This document shows, one piece after another, positions 46,290 to 59,700 of a stretch of DNA of 64,000 nt. Each line of letters starts with the position of its first letter. Position 1 is the first letter of the stretch. This DNA comes from Podarcis pityusensis (lineage: Eukaryota), in assembly GCA_964106645.2 (NCBI GenBank), contig OZ067042.1; one strand, written 5' to 3'. The translations under genes and the position numbers were made by a program. The notes beneath the pieces are model-generated. The model searched no databases. It was not told the DNA's origin and saw only the letters and a program-made list of their open reading frames with translations.

Positions 46290-49200
46290 TACACTCTGGA
46301 TTTTGCTTGAATCCAGCATGCAGAATGCACACACACACCTGCCTCACAACTCTTTTCTCCTTACAAATCATTTTACTGGTTTCTTAAAATGGTCTAGACA
46401 AACATAAGTGAACAGAGAACTATTACTCATGGTAGTTTTCATGTTCAAGTGGCAATATACTTTGCAGTACGCTGGTGACATGCAACAGACAAAAGCCATG
46501 ACCTGTGTGTGCGCTTCCAAAGACATTTGGCCAGCCACTGGTGGAAACATAATGCTGGACTTTGGTCTTCACCAGCAAGTAAACTCTTAATCTGAAAATC
46601 TGTTGATAAGCATTTCTAAGTATATTTAAATTTGTCTGTCTGACTAGAAATGTTCCCCATGTAGGTTAACAGCCCAATTACAGGCATGTTTACTCAGAAT
46701 TCCCACTGAATAGTATCAAACTTGTGTCCTATGACACAAGTGAATATGAGAGAGAGAAGCAAATTTTAAAAGTAGCGGGCAGTCTCATCACAGCACCTAA
46801 CTCAAGGGTAGGGAAGCTTTGGCCATCATCCCAAACCAAGCAAGTATGCTGGTTCACAGGGAGAAAACTGAAACTAGGTCACTCCTCCCTCACTTTTGAG
46901 AGCTAAGCCATGGTTTGGTGAGTTATATTCGAACCTGGGCTTGTGAGTTACATTCGAACTTGGGCTTGTGATTTGCCCTACTCCCAACAAACCAAGCGCT
47001 GTAACTAAGGCATGTTCTTGATGTACCACTCCTTGTCTGTTTGGGTGGGGCAAATTGCAATCCCAGGTTTGGACATAAAACAAAGCTAAACCATGACTTA
47101 GTTCCTGAGTGACAGAGGTGTGGACAAGCTGCACGTTTCTGTCTGTGAATGCTTGCTTGTTTTATGGTAAGTCATAGTTTGCTTGGGTTTGGACAGGACA
47201 CTAAGATGTGGTTAAAAACAGAAGCAAAAGTCACCCCAGAGTAGTGGAGGAAAAGGTGAAGATGACATGTCTGAGGCTCATTCATGTAATACTAAGGTTT
47301 AGCAGTTCAAACACAGCCAATAATATTAATGTTGCCAATACAAACTGGGACCCTGTGTCCAGCAGTTGAAAATGTTACTATGTGTAGTTCCCCACCACCA
47401 CCACCACAGATCTACAGTTTGAGAAGTGAATTTGCCAAAATTCTCTCTTCTAGCCAATTATTTGAGGCATAGTTGGCCTTTCGTTTTCAAAATCTAGTAA
47501 CCTTAATTGCGACTGTCACAGCCTAAGTAACTCTGTGTTTTGATCTGTGCTTCATTTTGCAACTTTCCTTATTTATATATAAATCCCTGTTTATATAACC
47601 TCTTTATATAACTATGAACTAGAGCACACTGTGGCAGCTAGAGCTACAGTTGCCTAAAGGTAATATGTAATTCTTGCTTCTATTGCAGCTATTCAAGGCA
47701 CAGAAGCTCTATGCCATATGGAACCTGGCAATCCTACTAGAAAACTAGACTATGGAAGAATTTCAGCTATAATTCCATCTTCTTTCTAAATTGGAGCCTG
47801 AAGCAACATACACTGGAATCACGCTAGGAAAGGCCTACAAGAAAAAGGTGGAAGACCATTGGAGAGGTTAGAAACTTATCCACAAAAAGTTATTGTGCAT
47901 ATTGTACAATAGTATATTAGCTTTCTAAAAATTTCCTGTCACTGAAGTTTCAGCCCAGTTTATTGCTGGGGAAGAAGCTTGAAAAAACCCCACATATAGT
48001 GATACTCTTGACAGCTGTAATGCTTCTTGACTTAACTGGGGCAAAGGAAATTGTGAAAAGCCAGTTCTATATTAACAATCCTGGGTGCTGAGAAATCCTC
48101 CTTGCAGAATAAACTACTTTAACATCCCTTTCAAATGCATGCTTTGTCATAATTTTTGCAGAACACAGTTCTGTTCAGTAACACAAACATGCATAGTACA
48201 AACAGCAGCTATAAACTGAAGCTTACATTTTAAATTACCATTTACAGTTGCTTTACAGCTCTGGTTCGCATGTATAATAGGGACTAGACACATTCGATGA
48301 ATACTGGCCATATCTGGAGAATTGTCCATAGTTTCATATACTACTTATGATTTATGATGCATGGCCAAACCTCATGACCACATACACCTCCTTTGCCTGT
48401 CCTCCCCTTGCACACCAACTTCAGCACAGAGATTCTAATTTACATTAAGTCAGAGTTCCCCAGTAAATCCAAACTGGAGTACTCTGGCTTAATCTTGGTA
48501 AACTAATCAACACAGGAACCAACAGGAAAATGGTTGAAATCTTAAGCCTTCTTTTAGTCAACTCAGCTAAAGGCTCAGCATTCAAATATGTCAAATTCTG
48601 AGCCATTTCAATAAAAATGTGGCAACAGTATCCATTAAAATGTACACCTTAACCCTAAACATCTTTATCAGGAAGGATTGCAGGTGAAAAGCTGTCAAGC
48701 TATAGTTTTACTAAAAGCAAGTTAGTGCATATAGTAATAGTATTGGTTTAAACTTTAACTTGAAATGCACTTCATATTATGTTCTGGATGCCCATTATAT
48801 TTTGAAAGCATCTTGACTTACAGTTTTCCAACAGCAAGGGTACTTGTCAATTCACATTTAGCAGAATATTTTCTATTAATCCAAACAACTGTCCCTCACA
48901 TTCCTCATTATACATTTTGGCTATAGAAACCCTAGCTATTGTAACTAGAACCAACCACTAAGTGAAGATGAAGATTCCCCTTTTCCCTATAAGAGTTTTT
49001 ATTATTAAATATACCACATACAGGGGGGGAAGCCTTACAAAATGTTAACTCTATGTTGTGGAGCTAGACAATGGCCTGATTTACACATAACAAAAAGTCA
49101 TAATTTTGTTAGTCTATGGTTTATTTGAACTACCGGTATGTCTTGTTTGAACATGTGAACCTAGCCCAGCAGACTAAGCATGGTTCTTTTCTACCAACAA

Positions 49201-51275
49201 ACCATTATGTGAACCCATGGTTTACTTTTGGCATATGAACCAGGGCCTGTTTTAACTATAGTTTGTTTGGACACTCAACCCCAAAGGCTAACTATGCTTC
49301 AAATGTGTGAGACAAGAGCAACTAGAAAACAAAGAAAGAAAGCTTTGTAAAAGCAGACCATAACATGCTTGTTAAGATGATTTACTGAACAAATCATGGC
49401 TTAGCGATAAATGTGAACACAACCATAAAGATATTTCAATGCTGTAACATTTTGACCAATTTTCTGTGAGTTATATATCACCCGCCCTATCATGTCTAAT
49501 ATGCATTAGTTCTTATGTGTACAGGCAGCAACCAATTTGTGTGGGGGTTACATTCCACGTTGGCAGGGGTTAGGGATTGCTACCTGCAATTTCTTCCACA
49601 AAACACAATGACTGTTAAAACCTACAAATAAATATTTAAAAGGTATCAACAGAGGAAAACTTATGTTCCTAACATACAGAAGCCTTTATCAGCAAGTCCT
49701 TTTGGATGACACCAACTAAATGTCAGTGTGATTTCTCTCTCTCTTTTTTTTGATAGTTTGTTTGTTCACTTGACAGAATTGCATCTCTAAAACACCACAC
49801 AAAGCAAAAATAACTACTTACTGTCCTCAAATTGTGGATTCCAGAAGAAGGGTAACAATTCACGACTCATTTTTGGAAGCTTTAATTATCCATGCATTCC
49901 TGCTGATTGGGTCTGTTTGACGCTATCCCCCAAAATCTGGATTTTAGTGCACTGGGGGGGAAATTCAAACAGTTAGTCAAACATATGCACATTTTGTGAT
50001 TTATAACATTTACAAAAGAGCGCACACTATGTAAAGAAACTATGTTTGTTTCCTGCCAAATTCTAGGGAATGTTCTTGTTGGATATATAATCCAAGAGGG
50101 AAAACTTCATTTAAGGTGCAGAGCTTAGGCACAAGACTAGGACAACTTAAAAATACTACAAGAAACAAATGCAAAATTGAGTAAATTCTGCTTTTTTGTG
50201 CACAGCATGGGGGGACTTAACTCTGCACTATTACATGAACCTGCTTATTTGCTCAACATTGCATAAAAATATTAAATAAAATCATGGTGAAATTTAACAT
50301 TTTTCTTTCTGGCAGCCTGAGGTAAAAGCAGAAAATAATTTCTTGAGAAGTGTGTTTTAACTGTTCCAAAGAGAGTTTATTCTCACCTTCGCAGTTACAG
50401 CTTCTGAAAGGTTTATAGAGTAAGTGCATTTGTCCAAACTTTGTTGAAACCAATTTGATTATAAACAATAAGGTGATTTAATATTGTTTTTGACAAATTG
50501 CTTTTGTTTTTATTTTAAATCCACTTTAGAAGAAAAATATTTTTAAAAATTGTATATAAAATAACAATAATAAAATAAATAATAATAAAATAAACTTAAC
50601 TATTCCAGAAGGTTGTACCACTATGGGGCACTGCTATATTAATAGGGTTTACTTCCTGATAAATTAGTGTAAGACTGCAGAACTCTTTTTTTTTTAAAGC
50701 AAAAATAACATCACAGTAACATTAAAATATTATTGTCAACTTTTAGAAGTTGACTATGGACATCAAAACTGGCATTTTCACTAATGCATACTATTTTTAA
50801 CATTTTGTTTATTTAGATATTTATTCTCTCAGAGTCAAAACATACAATGGTCATAAAATAAGATAATTGTAAAACAGGTTAAAAATCACATCTAAGATTT
50901 ACAATAATAACTATCTAAAAACAACTGTTTTCAAAATCAGCACTAAAAAAAATAGCAGCAATACTTAAACATTATAACATTAAGAACCTAGATAGACTAA
51001 TATCATTATCACTTAAAAGCAGAAGAAAACAAAACCAGTCAATGAGAGAAACACACATCCAATGGGAGGGAATTCTGTAACAATGCAGTCAGCATTGAGA
51101 AAGTCTTCTATCTGCCTATCTCTCCATAGGACAAGTTCATTTAAGCTGGTGGTACAAAAAGGGCACAGACTGTAAAAACTTTAGACAAATTTGTATCTAC
51201 TAACTGCTCTCCGTTTTATAATAAACACTCCATTCAGTACTCCATTCTGGGTTTGCTTGCTATTTCCCCACTTAC

Positions 51276-51318
51276 GTAATTGCTGTGCAAGACAACAACC
51301 CTGTGGTGGGCCACAAAT
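51276..51318 (-). other. Candidate 43-nt 5' exon
   Basis: tatttcccccag|ATTTGTGG...CAATTAC|gtaagt; both splice sites near consensus. Confidence 0.55.
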
Positions 51319-52060
51319 CTGGGGGAAATATATTGATAAGCATGCTTTCATTGATGGCAGGTGTTTTCATGTATGTTTGCATGTAACATGTGATCAGGAC
51401 ACCATGAGCAAATACCTAAGCCTAAAAGATATGGCAGGAAACAAATTTAAATTTAAATGAACTTATTTGTTGTAACATATCTTACTAGGAACTCTTTCTA
51501 GAATGTAAATCCTTCAGCCCCTTTTATTGCACTCCCTGTGCATCAAACATGAATAGGAAGGTCATAGAGAAGCTCTCTTGATGATGCAAAAATTAGCTCT
51601 GCAACTCACTTCCAAGTTACAACCATATATTATTTAATTTATATCCTACCTATCTGGCAGTATTCTACTTTACAAATGGAAATACCAGCTGCAACATTTA
51701 ATCAATTGAAAGCTTAGTCAGTTAAAAGCTTGCTTTTTTCAGAGCTGTTGTTTTAATGCCTATGCAAATTTAACAAATGCATTATTCCACTCATTAATCA
51801 ACTAAGAATTATTTAATCACATGACAGCCCTAAACAAATCCTCGTTTTTGATATTATAACAAGTAGTTAATACATTACAGATTGTAGCAGCATACTTAAA
51901 ACAATGTGCACAATCAAGTGTTCTGAAAGAAAATTCAGAACATGAGCTAGTCTAAATCTGGAACCATGTTAAATCATTTGACTAGGCAAGGACAACATCT
52001 CGCACATGCCAAAAAATCTGTATAAAAATTATGGTGTTTCATTTGGCCCTAAGTACAGAT

Positions 52061-53657
52061 AACCTAGCAGTTCAAAAGCACGTCCGAGTGCAAGTAGATA
52101 AATAGGTACCGCATTTCCGTGCGCTGCTCTGGTTCACCAGACGCAGCTTAGTCATGCTGGCCACGTGACCTGGAAGCTGTACGCCGGCTCCCTCGGCCAA
52201 TAAAGCGAGATGAGCGCCACAACCCCACTGGAGCGGTACCTATTTATCTACTTGCACTTTGACGTGCTTTCGAACTGCTAGGTTGGCAGGAGCAGGGACC
52301 GAGGAACGGGAGCTCACCCCGTCGCGGGGATTTTAACCGCCGACCTTCTGTTTTTTTTTTTTTTTAAATATTTATTGGGGTTTACAATAGAAATAAATAT
52401 AATAAACAGTGTAACATATATCTTAACATAATTTCACATTTTCTTTGGACTTCCTCACATCTCCCGCTCCCACTTTCATCGTTGTAACATTTTGCCAGCA
52501 ATTTATTATCTTATTTGCATTCTTATATCCCATCTGTATATTTATAATCTTATAATTCTCAGAAAAGTTCATATTTTCTCAATTTCACTTATTATCTTAA
52601 ATCATCTAATTTAGTGGTGCTCAATTATTTGTGATCTAGCATCCTGCTTAACATTCACTCAAATTACAATGTTTTTGTAAATAGTTCTTAAATTTCTTCC
52701 AATCCTCCTCCATCTTCTCTTCTCCCAGGTCACGGATTCTGCCGGTCATCTCGGCCAGTTCCATATAGTCTATCAGTTGCATCTGCCATTCTTCCAGTGT
52801 GGGTAGATCTTGAGTTTTCCAGTGCTTTGCGAGAAGTATCCTTGCTGCTGTTGTTGCATACATAAAAAATGTCTGGTCCTTCTTTACCACCCCTTGGCCG
52901 ACAATGCCCAAAAGAAAGGCCTCTGGTTTCTTAGTGAAGGTATACTTAAATACCTTTTTCAGTTCATTATAGATCATTTCCCAGAACGCCTTCACTTTAG
53001 GGCAGGTCCACCAGAGGTGGAAGAATGTTCCTTCACTCTCTTTACATTTCCAGCACTTATTATCAGACAGGTGGTATATTTTTGCAAGTTTGACTGGGGT
53101 CATATACCATCTATATATCATTTTCATTACATTTTCTTTCAAAGCATTGCATGCAGTAAAGTTCAACCCAGTACTCCACAACCTTTCCCAGTCCTCAAAC
53201 ATGATATTATGCCCAATGTCCTGCGCCCACTTTATCATAGCCGATTTAACCATTTCATCTTGTGTATTCCATTTTAACAGCAAGTTATACATTCTTGAAA
53301 GTACCTTAGACTTTGGTTCTAACAGTTCTGTTTCTAGTTTCGATTTCTCCACCTAGAACCCTAGTTTCTTGTCATTTTTAAAGACTTCTTTAATCTGAGC
53401 GTAATGTAACCAGTCTCGCACTTTATCCTTCATTTTCTCCAAACTCTGCAATTTCCAGTTGTCTCCATCTTTTTCTAGTATTTCCCAATATTTTGGCCAT
53501 TTAGCCTCCATATTGGGTCTTTTTCGGGCCTTGGCTTCCAAAGGTGAAAGCCACCTTGGAGTTTTATTTTCCAACAAGTCTTTATATTTTGTCTGAACCG
53601 CCGACCTTCTGATCGGCAAGTCCTAGGCTCTGTGGTTTAACCCACAGCGCCACCCGC
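52061..53657. mobile_element. Sauria SINE fragments: + at 52061-52227; - at 52228-52350 and 53596-53657, split by an L1
   Basis: Match the copy at 4552-4900; the SINE resumes exactly after the duplicated target site. Confidence 0.85.
52351..53595 (-). mobile_element. 5'-truncated L1-clade LINE (ORF2 C-terminus, 3' UTR, poly-A)
   Basis: Zinc knuckle CWKC...HLWWTC; one in-frame stop at 53353-53355; AATAAA plus poly-A; 16-bp TSD AACCGCCGACCTTCTG (52335-52350 and 53596-53611). Confidence 0.92.
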
Positions 53658-54099
53658 GTAGCAAGCAGTAAACTCTGCAACAAGGCGTTGCAAGGTGTGG
53701 GCCATAGCTGGTATCCACTGGGTCCCTTCCAACTCTACAATTTTGTGATTCTACAAAGGATCACACACAAACCACACGTGTGGTTTCCAAACGCATCTTT
53801 ATCAAAAGAACAGTGATTCACTTGACTTGGGGAAGTGGTAAAACATATGTTTGGCACACAGAAGGTCCCAGGTTCAATCACAAGCATCTCTAGCGAGGGA
53901 TGAGAAAATCCACTGCGTGAAAGACTAAGGAGCTGCTGCCAATCAGTGCAAACAATACTAAACGAGATGGGCCAACGGTCTGACCCAGTGTAAGGCAGCT
54001 TCGCATGTTCCTAATCGATGGAAAGCAGAATGGAGTGTGCAGCTGGTGGTGAAGAGCATCCAGCCATGTGAAATGGTGGGAAGGGGTTTCAGGGAGCGA

Positions 54100-54900
54100 T
54101 TTTTGTGGAATCAGAACAGGGTTGTTACAAGCGCGTCCCTGTTTCCATCTGCCAAGTATCGAGGAAGAGGATACGCCTGGTGGCGCGGATGTGCGGATTG
54201 CGTGCCCCAAAGACACCAGCGACGAGCTGCGGTCCTGCCCGCACCACGTAGCCAGGAATCCGTGTCTGAGGTGAGGGAAATCCCCTCAGCCGGCGGGGCA
54301 AAGGAACCGGCAGGACCCCCTGCCCAAAGCAGCGCCCTCTCACAAGGAAATGCTGCGAGAAACTCCCCCCGGCCAAACCCCGGAGGTGCCTCCGCGCGCC
54401 CAACCGCCGCCACGCCGCGAAACCGCGGCCCGAGCCAAGGACGCGCGTCCCCCCAACTAGCTCGCTCGCCTCACAGCACCCCGTTACTCACCGCCCAACC
54501 GCCGTCCTGAAGCCACTAGCGGCCATTGGTCCTCCTCCCACCTGCCGGGCCATCAACAGCGCGTCACTTCCGGCATCACCTGACACTAAAGCAAACGCTC
54601 TCGGCCGCCAACCTTGTGTTTTGGGTCCTCGACTTCCGGCTCCACGACGCCTCCGGAAGCTGCGCAGTGCTTGGAAGGCTTACATAAATGCGTTTAATTC
54701 GGGATGCGGCTTAAAGCGTGTTCAGCCTAAATCGCTTTTAATGCCAATGTGAACTTTGAAAGGCCAGAGGCTTGCGGCTATTCCAAGTACCAATTTCTCC
54801 CTCCTGCTTCCTATTCCGCAGTAACCTATACAGCGCTCTCGTTATAGATAAATAGCGCCGCGGGGTTCGACGGCAGTTGCAGCAGAGATGGAAGCTGGAA
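54100..54900 (-). promoter_or_regulatory. MAP3K13: CpG island; candidate distal MAP3K13 promoter and first exon (donor at 54492)
   Basis: CpG-rich; composite CRE/ETS GCGTCACTTCCGG (~54561-54573); further CTTCCGG/CCGGAAG motifs; minus-strand donor CG|GTGAGT. Confidence 0.7.
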
Positions 54901-56205
54901 TTCTATATACACACTTACCTAGGAGTAAGCCTTAATGAACCTAAGTGGACTGACTTCTGAGTAGATGCACACAGGATTGCATTGTGATCAACTAATTCAC
55001 ACCCATAGGAGCCAAGGTTCCTACAGCCCTCCCAATAAAATATTTGAGGGGACCGCTCCCTCCCCTCTAGGATAATGGGCATTGCTATTCAAATAGGGTT
55101 ATGTGATCGATTTTTATTTTTATATTTTCACACCTAAGTGAAAAAGCTATTTTCGTTTTGTGAATTCATCTCAGGTGCGTATCCAGGGGGTTGGCAAAAC
55201 TGGCCTCCGGGGGCCAAAAATCCCCCCAGAAATCTGTCTCCAGTTTTCTCTTTCTCTCTCTCCTTGACTATGCTGGAGATGGACATAAAAGGGGACCAAA
55301 AACAAAAAGGTGTGGAAACCTCTCATCGACATCGCTAAGCAACGATTATTTGCTCTGCTATGCTCCCGCAAGGGTATCTGGCTGCCTGTGGAGCAGCTGA
55401 TCCATTGTTTGGGAAAGAAGAGCGGGGCTGGCGGGGTAGGCGGAGCAGCTTTCCCTGCGCCTGTGTATGTGAGTGACTTGAGTGGGCATGAGGAGGAGGA
55501 GGAGGAGAATGAAATGAATGAAATTTGCTTTCGCAGCCAGACTTCCCCGTTTCTAAAAGCGAGCGATCCTTCTCCTTTCGCTTTCCCCGGTGGGTTTGGG
55601 TTAAAAGCGGATCTACACGGATCCTCATGGATCCTCCACTTTTAAAAAAATAACTCCAACAAATCCAGTGTCAAATCACATCTGGAAGTGTCAAATCACA
55701 TCCAGTGTCAAATCACAACCTACAGACTGGACTATAAAAAAAGTGGATCCAACACTTAGCCGTGCTGCAGCACCACAAAAACATGGATCCTCATGAATTC
55801 ATATGATTTTTATATTGAAACAAAATAAAAACACCATGATACTCTACACCTCGTATTTGTCTGTAGGCAGAACCAAAAAAATCATGTATCCACTGTTTCA
55901 TGGTACCGCAATGGCGCAAAACCATGGTTGAAAAACACGGATCCTCATGATTTTTGCACTAGATCAGCCCAAAGTCATCATCGGATCAAATATCATGGCC
56001 ATGTCACAACCTGTACCACAAAAATAATGGATCCACAGCTTCCTGGCGACACCGTGGCCCAAAACGTGGTTTTGCATTGGGCCACTCCAAACCCACCGTC
56101 AAATCACACATCATAGCCAGGGGCACAGCCTGCACCACAAAAATCACGTATCCACAGCTTCCTGGCAAAATTCACTGCAAGTTAAGCCCTAAAACAAAAT
56201 TGGTA

Positions 56206-56434
56206 CAGTGGAACCACGGGTTGCGGACATAACCCGTGACGGAGGCACATCTGCAACCCGCAGCGTTCGCATCCTGAAACGCTGTGTCTGCGCAGGCGCC
56301 GGCACAATTTGGCGCTTCTGTGCATGCACAAGCGGTGAAACCCGGAAGTAACCCTTTCTGGTACTTCTGGGTTTCCTGCAGTTCGCAACCCTAAAACACG
56401 TAACCTGAAGCGGCCGTAACATGAAGTATGACTG
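56206..56434. mobile_element. Tigger-like MITE with asymmetric ends
   Basis: TA|CAGTGGAACC...GTATGACTG|TA. Confidence 0.75.
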
Positions 56435-56539
56435 TACAAAAATTGCTGGAAATGTCATAGATCTCAAGGAACCTTCTTCCATTTATGGTGGACCTGTGAA
56501 AAGACCAAAAAGTTTTGGAGGAAAGTTCATTTCGAAATG

Positions 56540-56960
56540 AAAAAATGTAAAAAAGACAAAAATTTGCACTGGACCCCAAAACTATGCCATTGGGAATGAC
56601 TCCTTCAGCTACTGTATTGTGAAATCGTCAGTGGAACTATTTAGTTATATGACCACAGCAGTCAGAGTGGTGTTGGCTAACATATGGAAATCTGACATAT
56701 GTCCTGGAATAGATGCATGGAAAGAGAAACTATCAGAATATGCAGTAATGGCGAAACTCGCAAATTTAGTAAATGATAGACTCGCGGGAGAACATAAAAA
56801 AACTTGGAATCTTTATAATTTGTATACAACTTAACAGAACTGTAACAAAATAAACATCTGTATGGATTTGTATAATAGACCTTAGGTTACAAAAATATTT
56901 CCTGTTTAAAAATAGAAGTTTTGTGTGTATATGATAACGAAAGAAATATGTAGCAGAAGA
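56540..56960 (+). mobile_element. Degraded L1 3' fragment
   Basis: LFSYMTTAVRVVLANIWKS...WKEKLSEYAVMAKL resembles the ORF2 end of the L1 at 52.6-52.9 kb. Confidence 0.65.
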
Positions 56961-58335
56961 AATCTTGTCTGTCTGATCTAGAAATGAAATCATATTTTTA
57001 AATAATCTTTGCTTTAGATTTTTATAATCATATATGGTATTTCTCCAATAGCAAACTACCTAGAATTGGAAATAATATTTAGTACACTAACCTTTTTTTA
57101 ACTCTTGATAAATGTCAGCTTGCTGAGTTATTTTGTACCATTGTGATTCAATGTTATATTTGCCAGCAGGCAGACCCAGCAATACAGAGTTTTGCTGCTT
57201 AGCAAGAGATTTGGGGAAGTTGCTACCATTCTTCACTGTGATAAGATTACACACTGAGTACTCGTCTCCCGTTTACTGTGCAAGCAAGTCAGCCAGGCCA
57301 TAGCATGAGTACCTGCCAGCCATCTCATCCTAGGTCACCTCCTATGCAGCATCATGCAGGTGAAGTCACTAACATCCATGAAAAAATACACTTAAGGCGA
57401 ATTCTGGGACTCCAGAATCCACAGATACCTGCAGAGTCTCTAGCTCAGGTGTGGGGAACCTCTGGCCCTCCAGATGTTGCTGAACTCCTGCTTGCTAGAG
57501 TTGACGGGAGTTGCAGTCTAGCAAGAGCTGGGGTGGCCAAAGGTTCCCCACACCTTACAAGAGGAAAAGGATTCTGCATATGCTCAGGAGCACATTTGCC
57601 CTGCGGTCTTTGAAATGCTACATGCCCCTTGGAGATCAAGGATTTCTGTGCATGCTCCAGGACACTCAGCCAAGGTGCCAGAATTTTGGACAGCCCAAAG
57701 GTAGCTGCTGTACTCTTTAGACACAATGTCTGCTGAAATTGCTGATAAATTTGCACTGGCTTCCTCGCACTTCGAGACTAGCTGAGGTGGGGACTGGAAC
57801 AGGCCTGCCTCTTTGAGGACTTGTTAATTTATTTTAGCACTACTTTGGAAACAAGCAGGTATGTGCTCTTTGCGACTGGGCATATTTCCAAATGTGAATT
57901 CCACAGAAAAACAACAGACTGTGGAGCATTCACGTGCCCCATGTGCCCATGGCTCTGGAATTCATGTGCTCCCATGCAAGAGAGGTTTTATGAGCGAATT
58001 TGGTGGTTCCTTTCCCCACTTAGGCCAGACAGGTCCCCCACGTGTCTGCCTTTAATGTTATGGCCCACCATTAAACTTGCATGCACCACGAAATGTGCCA
58101 CCCACATAGAAAGAGCAGGCTGCATTTACCCTTTTCTCTCCCGATTTGAGTTCCACCTGAAAATTATGTGGCAGAAATTACAAATGCTTGCAAATCCATG
58201 CCCCTGCTTAATTCACAGAGTGCAGAAGGGTAGTGATATTATTAAACCCCCTGCAGCAAACGTAGAAAAAGAGAGCCACCAAGCACCTTAGAAACAAGTG
58301 GATTTATCATGGCAGAGCCAGTCGTAGGGCTAGAG

Positions 58336-58472
58336 CAGGCATCCCCAAACTTGACCCTTCAGCTGTTTTTGGGACTACAACTCCCACCATACCTAGCTAA
58401 CAGGACCAGTGGTCAGGGATGATGGGAATTGTAGTCCCAAAACAGCTGGAGGGTCGAGTTTGGGGATGCCTG
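58336..58472. mobile_element. hAT MITE, same family as 5022-5157
   Basis: CAGGCATCCCCAAACT termini; TSD GGCTAGAG/GACTAGAG (7/8). Confidence 0.85.
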
Positions 58473-59025
58473 GACTAGAGAGTTTGGGATTAGAGCATTC
58501 TGCATATCTGATAAAAAGCACAAATCCATAGGGTTCCCCCCTCCCATCAATCTGTGGGGAATTTGATGCCCCTCCCCCCTTCAGCCTCCAAAGGGGGGCG
58601 GAGTTGCAGAGAAACAAATATCTGGGCTCTGTTGCTATACAGTGGTGCCCCGCAAGACGAACGCCTCGCAAGACGAAAAACTCGCAAGACGAAAGGGTTT
58701 TCCGTTTTTTCAGCTGCTTCGCAAGACGAATTTCCCTATGGGCTTGCTTCGCAAAACGAAAACGTCTTGCAAGTTTGTTTCCTTTTTCGTAAAACCGTTA
58801 AAACCCAGGGTGCATTGCTGGAAGAGGTGCAGTTGCGACTTGACCTCGAGGAGCAACACATTGCACGCGGTGTGGTGGCCTTTCTGAGCTTTTTAAAGAG
58901 TTTGCTGGATTTTTGAAGCTTTTCCAAAACTTCTTTTGCAGCTGTTTGGTAAGTTAAACTTTTAAAACTTTTTTTGGGTTTTTTGGATTTTGGGTTGGGG
59001 TGTTTAGAATTCAAGGACTTGGTGT

Positions 59026-59700
59026 TGGGGAGGGGTTTGCAAGAATCTGGGAGCTTGTGTGGTTTTTTTCTGCATTTTTATGATTTTCTGTGACCATTGG
59101 GCCATTTTTTTTTTTTTTTAAATATCTGGGTTTGAATTTTTGAATTTCTGTGTGCTGGGTGGATGGGGGAACAGCTGGGGAGGGGTTTGCAAGAATCTGG
59201 GAGCTTGTGTGGTTTTTTCTGCATTTTTATGATTTTCTGTGACCATTGGGCCATGTTTATTTAAAAAAATAAAAATAAAAATCTGGGTTTGAATTTTTGA
59301 ATTTCTGTGTGCTGGGTGGATGGGGGAACAGCTGGGGAGGGGTTTGCAAGAATCTGGGAGCTTGTGTGGTTTTTTCTGCATTTTTATGATTTTCTGTGAC
59401 CATTGGGCCATGTTGTTGTTTTTTGAAAAAAATTTCAGGGTTTTGAATTTCTGTGTGCTGGGTGGCTGTGGAAACAGCTGGGGAGGGGTTTGCAGGAATC
59501 TGGGAGCTTGTGTGGTTTTTTTTTTTTTAATTTTTATGATTTTCTGTGACCATTGGGCCATGTTGGTTTTTTTTGAAAAAAATTTCAGGGTTTTGAATTT
59601 CTGTGTGCTGGGTGGCTGGGGGAACAGTTGAGGAGGGGTTTGCAACAGTTGGGGAGGGGTTTGCAACAGTTGGGGAGGGGCTGGGGGAACAGTTGAGGTT
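59026..59700. repeat. ~150-bp tandem repeat (4 full copies plus partial) inside the Tigger 5' region
   Basis: GGGGAGGGGTTTGCAAGAATCTGGGAGCTTGTGTGG... recurs at ~59026, 59177, 59334 and 59480. Confidence 0.9.

Noticed and set aside
59118-59666. 182-aa repetitive ORF
   Set aside because: Translation of the minisatellite.
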